In this document: positions 58,183-64,000 of the stretch, piece by piece
How positions within the stretch are numbered: the first letter of the stretch is position 1
How the letters are laid out: each line of letters starts with the position of its first letter
Virus record (IMG/VR): IMGVR_UViG_3300044635_000318
Coordinates: 7,901-71,900 of that record
Direction: 5' to 3' (one strand)
DNA length: 64,000 bases
Source of the DNA: a virus
Notes under the pieces: model-generated
The model's input: the letters and a program-made list of their open reading frames with translations, nothing else
Told to the model about the DNA's origin: nothing
The model's database searches: none
Translations under genes and position numbers: made by a program

Positions 58183-58262
58183 TGAGGGTAAGCATTTGCA
58201 ACTACCTACCCCCGTAATGACTCACCCTGGGACGCTGTTCTTATGGGTAGCGTGATGAGTAC
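58183..58262 (-). ncRNA. candidate structured ncRNA (pseudoknot plus hairpin) between tRNA-Thr and tRNA-Trp
   Basis: ACTC/GAGT, ACGCT/AGCGT, crossing ACCC/GGGT, then GGGGGTAGGTA/TGCTTACCCTC hairpin. Confidence 0.5.
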
Positions 58263-58268
58263 TGTTTG

Positions 58269-58341
58269 AGCTCCCGAAAGGAATCGAACCTTCAACCTGC
58301 TGATTACAAATCAGCTGCTCTACCAATTGAGCTACAGGAGC
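58269..58341 (-). tRNA. tRNA-Thr(TGT)
   Basis: GCTCCTGTAGCTCAATTGGTAGAGC, GCTGA-TTTGTAA-TCAGC, GGTTCGATTCC. Confidence 0.93.
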
Positions 58342-58356
58342 ATCCGACAAAGATAA

Positions 58357-58698
58357 CTATTGTGGATCATACAATTCGTTATCTTCATCTAATCTCATCA
58401 TATCCTTTAATACTTCTTCTCTTTCTTCAAAGCTTGGTTGATACAAATCAATTAACCAATCTTCTTTAGGGAAACCGGGCAAGTCAAGATTATTTTCAGG
58501 ATGATCTTTGAATCTTTGATAGTCTTTAATTACTACATCGTCAATCATAAGATTCCACTCAGGGTATAGCTTTTTGTAAGTCTTTATTGCATCTCGAACT
58601 ACATACGGAGCATAAGTGTGTCTACCATTGGCATACCTGATTGCCATCCAAATCGTGTTTTCAAAACACTTCTTGAGTTGAAATTCTGTTTCAGTCAT
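58357..58698 (-). CDS. hypothetical protein
   Basis: 113 aa; WMAIRYANGRHTYAP motif. Confidence 0.65.
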   Translation of the reverse strand: MTETEFQLKKCFENTIWMAIRYANGRHTYAPYVVRDAIKTYKKLYPEWNLMIDDVVIKDYQRFKDHPENNLDLPGFPKEDWLIDLYQPSFEEREEVLKDMMRLDEDNELYDPQ

Positions 58699-58718
58699 TA
58701 GTTTTTAATTAGTTAGTT

Positions 58719-59267
58719 TCACATAGGGGCGTTGGTGTCACTCTGTGGGGGTTTTAAGCAACGGACGGAGAAGCCGTATCGTAGGTAGTCGTAGTACCGA
58801 CCGACATCGTCATAGTCGGAGTAGAAGTAGCGGTACCAAGCGAGGCTGGTACCATTGGCTGAAGAAGACCACCAACCGCCGTAGTCGCCTACACTGTAGA
58901 AGGCGCCATTGTAGTTGTTTCGGTCGCCACCGGGCAACGCGGAAAACCCGCTGCTGTTGGTACCCTTCCACACACTGGTTTTCATCTTCTCACCCGCGAC
59001 CTCCTCTCCTCCTAAAAAATCAATGAGTTCCGTCCACTCCGCATCTGTAGGCACATGGAAACCTTCAGGAGCAAGCCCGCGCGGGTCGTTCACGGCGTAC
59101 CAATTATACAGATAGTGTCCGTTGGGTGAGATGCAATAGGCAGCTGTTTCAAGTTTAGCCCATTCTTCTTTATCTGTCACCAATGGGATGTCCTCACCGT
59201 TCCGGAACTTGGTAACCTTGAGGTCTTCACTTGCCCATTCTTGCAAGCCAATTTTTACTATTTTCAT
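58719..59267 (-). CDS. Fib_succ_major (FISUMP, C-lectin-fold) domain protein
   Basis: IGLQEW..DL, LYNWYAV, LAPEGFHVPTDAEW, NSSGFSALPGG.R, WWSS, GFSVRCLK. Confidence 0.9.
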   Translation of the reverse strand: MKIVKIGLQEWASEDLKVTKFRNGEDIPLVTDKEEWAKLETAAYCISPNGHYLYNWYAVNDPRGLAPEGFHVPTDAEWTELIDFLGGEEVAGEKMKTSVWKGTNSSGFSALPGGDRNNYNGAFYSVGDYGGWWSSSANGTSLAWYRYFYSDYDDVGRYYDYLRYGFSVRCLKPPQSDTNAPM

Positions 59268-59441
59268 TTGGTTTTTGTGTTAAAGGTTTTGACCATTTTG
59301 TTGACGTCAACGAAATGATTCATACATCCGCACTGCGGGGTGTCGTACCAGTCCGGGCGAGGCCACGACTAATAAGCGCAATCATTGGCAGTATTAACCA
59401 ACCTTTATCTTTTTTCATTTCTCGTTGGTGTTAAAGGTTTT
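59264..59441 (-). repeat. direct repeat AAAACCTTTAACAC..AAATGA at gene junctions (59264-59290 and 59415-59441)
   Basis: aaaacctttaacacaaaaaccaaatga vs aaaacctttaacaccaacgagaaatga. Confidence 0.7.
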
Positions 59442-59613
59442 CAACCTCTTGTTTTACTTCAGTCCAATAGTCAATCTGACCTTGAGTGTTGAGCAAAGCA
59501 ATTTTCTTAGCAATCGTACTGCATAAAACTTCATTCCCGCAATCTGTGTCTTCATCCATTAAAGTCATTTTGACTTGGAGAACCAACATCTCTGCTTTTG
59601 TTTTTGGGGTCAT
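59431..59613 (-). CDS. hypothetical protein
   Basis: 60 aa MTPKTKAEML...YWTEVKQEVENL. Confidence 0.65.
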   Translation of the reverse strand: MTPKTKAEMLVLQVKMTLMDEDTDCGNEVLCSTIAKKIALLNTQGQIDYWTEVKQEVENL

Positions 59614-59773
59614 TGTTTAACTTGATTTATTGATTTAACTTGTAAACTCTTGGGTTGACTCTGTGTCACAGAGTGGGGGCAATTTTCCCTGTTTCGTGTC
59701 ACAAAGTCGGGGTTAATACGCTTTTGCATATAGTTTAGTTTGTTTGAACTGAATTATATCTTTAAGCATATTG

Positions 59774-59809
59774 TAGTCAAGGCAAGATTTGAATTCCCCC
59801 ACTTGACTA
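59774..59809 (-). pseudogene. collapsed tRNA-like element (acceptor stem plus partial T arm only)
   Basis: minus strand TAGTCAAGTGGGGGAATTCAAATCTTGCCTTGACTA; related to the two neighbouring elements. Confidence 0.55.
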
Positions 59810-59900
59810 TTTTTCTTTTAAATGTCTAACAACAGCGATTACACCTAACACACAAATACTTCCGTAAAATAAAATCCAAAACATAACTTTTGTTATTTAG

Positions 59901-59970
59901 TAGTCACGACAGGATTCGAACCTGCATCTCCCGTACAATTACGGGGCGTTACCAATTACGCCACATGACT
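59901..59970 (-). ncRNA. tRNA-like element with non-canonical anticodon arm
   Basis: AGTCATG TG GCGT AATTGGTA ACGC CCCGTA ATTG TACGGG AGAT GCAGG TTCGAAT CCTGT CGTGACT A. Confidence 0.75.
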
Positions 59971-60045
59971 GGAGGGAGTTGAACCCTCGTAAAACAAAGC
60001 GTAACATAAAACTGACAACCACTCAGTTTTTAGTTTTAAGCATCG

Positions 60046-60131
60046 TAGTCAGGACAGGAATCGAACCTGTAAAGGACTTACATTTGCCTTAGCGTTGTTT
60101 CCGCTTGCGTCTACCATTCCGCCACCTGACT
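60046..60131 (-). ncRNA. tRNA-like element with non-canonical anticodon arm and long variable arm
   Basis: AGTCAGG TG GCGGAATGGTAGACGC A AGCG GAAACAA CGCT AAGG..CCTT TACAGG TTCGATT CCTGT CCTGACT A. Confidence 0.75.
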
Positions 60132-60202
60132 AATTAGAAATTGAATGAAAAACCCATCATTAAGTATTCTTTTTAGACTTAATGAATGATATTTCCTTCA
60201 TG

Positions 60203-60276
60203 TGCGCCCTGTAGGACTTGAACCTACGACCTACGGATTATGAGTCCGCTGCTCTAACCGACTGAGCTAAGAGCGC
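60203..60276 (-). tRNA. tRNA with CAT anticodon, probably Ile2 (lysidine) rather than Met
   Basis: GCGCTCTTAGCTCAGTCGGTTAGAGC, GCGGA-CTCATAA-TCCGT; resembles ileX-type tRNAs. Confidence 0.85.
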
Positions 60277-60289
60277 ATCAGTAATTAAA

Positions 60290-60526
60290 TTACTTAACTA
60301 TGTACGTAGGACTAATAGGTTCGTTTGGGTATTCAAGCTCCATCAGTAGTTTAAGATAATGAATGGCTTTTTGAATATCCTCTTTCCCATTCTTCTCCTT
60401 GTGTCTACAGATGTACTTAATTGCACATCCCTCCATATAAGGGATATCATTAACGTGAATAAACTCAACAGGTTGAATCTTAAACTGTTTGTAATGATTA
60501 CCCCCAACTTGCTTATTTAATTCCAT
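60290..60526 (-). CDS. DUF3310 (T7 gp1.7-like nucleotide kinase family) protein
   Basis: QVGGNHYK...IQPVEFI...G.AIKYICR...KNGKEDIQKAIHYL. Confidence 0.85.
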   Translation of the reverse strand: MELNKQVGGNHYKQFKIQPVEFIHVNDIPYMEGCAIKYICRHKEKNGKEDIQKAIHYLKLLMELEYPNEPISPTYIVK

Positions 60527-60545
60527 TTGATTTGATTAAATTAGA

Positions 60546-62441
60546 TTATTTACTCCAAGTCTCTGAAATGAATGTTTCAGCTTTTAAGAGTTTATTCTTG
60601 ATAATCACATTAGCTGCTTTCTCCATCAACTCTGTTAAAGTCTTCTCCCATTCTTTAGAGAGTTCTCTACGACAAATAGTATCTATCTGATCATGAACAG
60701 TCATCACAATTTTTATACTATCGTGAAGATTGTTAGAGTCAATATAGTCATAAATGTAATAGAGCCCTAATTTAAGCATATCTGCGCTAGAACCTTGAAT
60801 ACTTGTGTTTTTTGATGCACGTTCTATAACCCCTAATTCTTTTGGGGGTGTGTAGTCCTTATCCCATTCAGGGAAGAACCTTTTACGCTTAAACGGGGGA
60901 AGAGTAGTAATAAACCCATTCTGTTTCCCAAACTTTCCTCTTTGATCTAAGAACTTTTTGATTGATGGGAATGCATTAAAGAACTTATCAATAAGATCTT
61001 GTGCTTCAGTTAAACTAATATCTAACTGATCACTTAACTTGTGAGGTCCCATCCCATAAGATAATCCAAAATTTACGGACTTAGCTTTATTCCTATAAAT
61101 CTTATGTTGTGGGCAATCACACTTAGATTTATTCAGATTGTACATGCAATTGTACTCACTGACTTCCCCCCAATCACTAAAGATCAATTCAGCACATACA
61201 GAATGTAAATCCTCATTGTTCTGAAGAGCTTGAATGAATATAGGGTCATTACTCCAGTAAGCTAAGACATTCAACTCTTGACTAGAGTAATCAGAGCTTA
61301 CAAACACATACTCAGGAGATGGGGGAATAAAGCAATTACGATAAAGATTATTGCTAGGGATTTGTTGCATATTGGGGTTAGATGAACTAATCCTCCCAGT
61401 GTTTAGGATTTGATTAAAATCTGTATGAACTCTTTTGTTCTTCTTAAAATGTTCATAGAAGCTATCCCCATAAGTTGAAGCGAGTTTTGATACCTCTTTG
61501 TAACTAAGATACTTCCCAACTAACTCATTATTCTTGAACTTGTACAGCTTCTTCCCATTAACATCTTCTAAGTTTGGGAATAACACTTTGAACAGTTGAA
61601 GCATCTGAGATGGGGAATCCCAATTGATATTCGTCTTTCTCGATACTGGGTTAAACAGATCTTGTTGAACTGGGATATGATACTTACTCTTAAGCTTAGG
61701 GTGATTGATAACTAGCTCATCTAACTGTAATTTGATTTCTTGTTGTTTCTCCTTATTCGTATGTGATAGTTGACTCCAAGCTTTTTGATCAATATCTAAC
61801 CCTTGATACTCAATCTCAGCAAATATCTTAGTTACTTTATTCTCTAGTTTAACTACTTCTTCTAAATCTTTCAGTTTGATCTCTTGTTCTTGCTTTTGCT
61901 TGATCTCAATCAAATACTCAACATCTTTAGCCCCGTAAACTATTTGATTCTTAGTGAATGGGAGTGAAGATGTTTGTTGATTAAACGATGCCCTAGCTTG
62001 TTTACTTAAATCAATATCTAGATATCGTTTAACACACTTGCTTAACGAGTACCCATGCAATTCATCCCCACAGTGTAATATCTTCTCAACCAAGTACGTA
62101 TCGTAGATATTGTTTGTTTGAATATTGTAGTTCTTAAGAAACTTATAGTCAAACTTAGCGTTATGAAATATCTTAACGATAGACTTATCCTCAAAGATAT
62201 CTTTCAGCTTATCAATCTTTGTATCCCTAACATCAATAACAAATTGAGTGTCTTTATCCCCAATCTGTAACATCAACATTTTAAGAGATGTGAAGTCTAA
62301 CCCTTCAGTCTCAGTATCAACTGCAATCTCTTTCTTGTTTTTGAGATATTCAACTACCTCCTCAATTGTTGTCTCTTCGATGTCATTGAACATCGAGATT
62401 TGATTCCCTACGAATTTTAGCATCTTTTTGTAGTATTTCAA
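60546..62441 (-). CDS. polA: family A DNA polymerase with 3'-5' exonuclease
   Basis: DTET, HNAKFD, YGAKD exonuclease motifs; TGRISSSNPNMQQIP, DYSSQE, KSVNFGLSYG, IQGSSAD, VHDQI. Confidence 0.95.
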   Translation of the reverse strand: MKYYKKMLKFVGNQISMFNDIEETTIEEVVEYLKNKKEIAVDTETEGLDFTSLKMLMLQIGDKDTQFVIDVRDTKIDKLKDIFEDKSIVKIFHNAKFDYKFLKNYNIQTNNIYDTYLVEKILHCGDELHGYSLSKCVKRYLDIDLSKQARASFNQQTSSLPFTKNQIVYGAKDVEYLIEIKQKQEQEIKLKDLEEVVKLENKVTKIFAEIEYQGLDIDQKAWSQLSHTNKEKQQEIKLQLDELVINHPKLKSKYHIPVQQDLFNPVSRKTNINWDSPSQMLQLFKVLFPNLEDVNGKKLYKFKNNELVGKYLSYKEVSKLASTYGDSFYEHFKKNKRVHTDFNQILNTGRISSSNPNMQQIPSNNLYRNCFIPPSPEYVFVSSDYSSQELNVLAYWSNDPIFIQALQNNEDLHSVCAELIFSDWGEVSEYNCMYNLNKSKCDCPQHKIYRNKAKSVNFGLSYGMGPHKLSDQLDISLTEAQDLIDKFFNAFPSIKKFLDQRGKFGKQNGFITTLPPFKRKRFFPEWDKDYTPPKELGVIERASKNTSIQGSSADMLKLGLYYIYDYIDSNNLHDSIKIVMTVHDQIDTICRRELSKEWEKTLTELMEKAANVIIKNKLLKAETFISETWSK

Positions 62442-62592
62442 TTATACCTTCAGCTTGTTCTGTAGTTAATACATCCCCTTTGAAGATAACATAATTGAGA
62501 TTGTTATCTTTTGCTTTCTTAAGAGCATGTTTCATCATAACAAGATTTTGATCATCTTGTGCTAGAAACGCAACATATTTCATCCAGCTCAT
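62383..62592 (-). CDS. hypothetical protein
   Basis: 69 aa ORF overlapping the polA start. Confidence 0.55.
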   Translation of the reverse strand: MSWMKYVAFLAQDDQNLVMMKHALKKAKDNNLNYVIFKGDVLTTEQAEGIIEILQKDAKIRRESNLDVQ

Positions 62593-62626
62593 TGTTCGAG
62601 ATTGTATGGATTATAATTTTAAACAA

Positions 62627-62699
62627 AGCTAAAAGAGGCTAGTGAGTACTATACATAGCACGTTAATGCTATATATAGTACTCATACTAACCTCTAGCT
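62627..62699. promoter_or_regulatory. long imperfect intergenic hairpin
   Basis: agct/agct, agagg/cctct, gagtactata/tatagtactc, atagca/tgctat, loop cgttaa. Confidence 0.7.
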
Positions 62700-62701
62700 G
62701 A

Positions 62702-63274
62702 TTATGACATCAGTTCGTTCAAGTCGAACTCAATGTTCTTAGAGTGTTGGATCGGGGCAAACTTTGTAGTTTGAGTCTTATCTGCCTCTAAGAACGTGTG
62801 CTTGGGCTCACCGAGAACCATGTCAGTCATAGTGAAGATGTGATACCCTTTGTGGGTAATGAAATCTCCATCCTTCCCTTTGCGCTTTGCAGCAGCTTCG
62901 ATGTTCTCAGTGTCCCATTCTGATCGTGGGGTAATAGTCTCCGTAATTTGAAGGCGGAGATGCTTCCCGTTGATAGTAGGATTGAGAATCCCGATAGCAA
63001 CGACTTCTTTCCCAGAGTCGTTAGTTGTCCAGTCAGCATCATCCATAAGGTTGATGTTGAACAGATTGCTTGCAGCTGCAGGTTCTGCAATTTTCCAGCA
63101 ATGACGAGCTTTCCCACCTTGTGCGAAGCGGTCATCACCTGCGTTAAACATTGCAAGAACGTTTGGTTCACGTTCTTGTTCGAGCACTTCAGCAAAGTGA
63201 AGCTGAATTTTACCGTTGGCTACCTTGATAGCCTCGATGAGTAGGGTTTCCCCTGGTTGGAGTTGGTCTAGCAT
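62702..63274 (-). CDS. hypothetical protein (possible ssDNA-binding/early protein)
   Basis: 190 aa with acidic C-terminus. Confidence 0.65.
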   Translation of the reverse strand: MLDQLQPGETLLIEAIKVANGKIQLHFAEVLEQEREPNVLAMFNAGDDRFAQGGKARHCWKIAEPAAASNLFNINLMDDADWTTNDSGKEVVAIGILNPTINGKHLRLQITETITPRSEWDTENIEAAAKRKGKDGDFITHKGYHIFTMTDMVLGEPKHTFLEADKTQTTKFAPIQHSKNIEFDLNELMS

Positions 63275-63319
63275 GGTTATGCTAAATCTGAATTGAAGTT
63301 TTGGGTAGGTTTTAAGGTA

Positions 63320-63529
63320 CTACCCGATAGACCTGTTTAAAAGCATTTTGATATAATCTATGTTAAGGTCTGCAACATTGTCAAACAATTCAATAGCAGC
63401 AAACTGCAATTGTTTGTCGTTGCATTCTGCCCCAACTAAGTACATCATTACCGCAAGATTGTAGTCATTCATGTTTGAAAGTGGTTGCATCCCAGGAATT
63501 GATTGGGATAATTTGTTTCTCATTCTCAA
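63320..63529 (-). CDS. hypothetical protein (start likely MNDY, 63472)
   Basis: short ORF in the early-gene region. Confidence 0.45.
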   Translation of the reverse strand: MRMRNKLSQSIPGMQPLSNMNDYNLAVMMYLVGAECNDKQLQFAAIELFDNVADLNIDYIKMLLNRSIG

Positions 63530-63647
63530 ACTGATGAACTAACAAGATATCATTAGACTGATATGCATCAATCATATGTTTGATAACTTTTGTAGACTTT
63601 GACGAGATAATCTTTACTTCATCAATTGTTTCTAATCTGTATAGCAT
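63465..63647 (-). CDS. hypothetical protein
   Basis: 60 aa ORF. Confidence 0.5.
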   Translation of the reverse strand: MLYRLETIDEVKIISSKSTKVIKHMIDAYQSNDILLVHQFENEKQIIPINSWDATTFKHE

Positions 63648-63709
63648 TGTGAGTTGATTCGAGTGAGAATAAAAAGCAGTTTAATGTCAATGCTTAGGAC
63701 ATGTTGTTA

Positions 63710-63946
63710 TTACTGAATTAATCCCCAGTACACAACGATGAGAAGGAGGATAGAACTGGCTGCAATCCCAACCCAAGAAAGAATTACTTTTTCTTCTTCG
63801 GTTTCTGTATTGGTTATTGCTAGCATTACTCCTCCTAATATGCAAATGCTGATTAAACCTGATACTCCTGCAAAGTCAGGGTTAACGAATAGCATTGCAG
63901 CAAGGATTGACCACAATACTGTTGCGAAAGCGATTTTAACGTTCAT
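63710..63946 (-). CDS. small membrane protein (3 TM)
   Basis: three hydrophobic segments in 78 aa. Confidence 0.65.
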   Translation of the reverse strand: MNVKIAFATVLWSILAAMLFVNPDFAGVSGLISICILGGVMLAITNTETEEEKVILSWVGIAASSILLLIVVYWGLIQ

Positions 63947-64000
63947 AGCGTTATATTGTTGGATGTGAGTGTGATTGTTAGGATTGGGTATGTGGGCTAA

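Noticed and set aside
58183-58262. Theta/HDV-like or hammerhead ribozyme call
   Set aside because: I could not place P3/L3/P1.1/J4-2 of the HDV fold, and the CUGAnGA plus GAAA core is absent. It is kept only as an unclassified candidate.
59774-60131. CRISPR array or ordinary decoding tRNAs
   Set aside because: The repeats are cloverleaf-shaped and irregularly spaced with no cas genes, and the anticodon loops are non-canonical, so no amino acid was assigned.
58719-60200. Complete diversity-generating retroelement
   Set aside because: No reverse transcriptase, Avd or template repeat was found in the window; only a VR-like target is supported.
41852-60526. Ung + ThyX + MazG + DUF3310 as a DNA hypermodification pathway
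   Set aside because: These are common phage dTTP-supply and sanitising genes, and no dedicated base-modification enzyme was recognised in the window.
60546-62441. Intron/intein in polA or an unusual residue at the motif B (762-equivalent) position
   Set aside because: The ORF is continuous and of normal length, and KSVNFG has the ordinary Phe.
42854-63968. Plus-strand ORFs in the minus block (e.g. 44152, 44713, 49984, 58266, 58745, 62948)
   Set aside because: They are antisense to well-supported genes or tRNAs. Only the HNH gene has real motifs and its own promoter-like element.
1-64000. Stop-codon reassignment (TAG/TGA recoding known in some crAss-like phages)
   Set aside because: Long genes are intact and densely packed under the standard code, TGA is used as a real stop, and no suppressor tRNA is present.

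Overview
This window is about 64 kb of an AT-rich lytic phage genome. Gene order and marker proteins indicate a crAss-like (Crassvirales-type) podophage, probably infecting a Bacteroidota host. Two transcription blocks converge on a bidirectional terminator at about 41.83 kb. The + strand (1-41.8 kb) carries virion genes: ring and tail proteins, a tail fibre, a muzzle/stabilisation protein, cargo proteins and three giant proteins, one of them a virion RNA polymerase with a DFDFD motif. The - strand (41.85-64 kb) carries replication and nucleotide genes (Ung, 5'-3' exonuclease, rIIA/rIIB, resolvase, primase, SSB, AAA ATPase, DnaB, SF2 helicase, MazG, ThyX, PolA) plus a tRNA/accessory region. 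No terminase, portal or major capsid gene was recognised; they probably lie left of the window. Main oddities: (i) three related tRNA-like elements with conserved outer arms but unrelated, non-canonical anticodon regions; (ii) a two-strand GGG/CCC bias that apparently recent islands lack; (iii) an HNH + tRNA-Leu cassette next to a truncated older tRNA-Leu; (iv) an orphan DGR-type variable region; (v) basic virion proteins built from xxGG-delimited modules; (vi) SLOG domains in two permutations inside the giant virion proteins; (vii) a pseudoknotted ncRNA candidate between two tRNAs. All calls are by-eye motif recognition; no searches were run.
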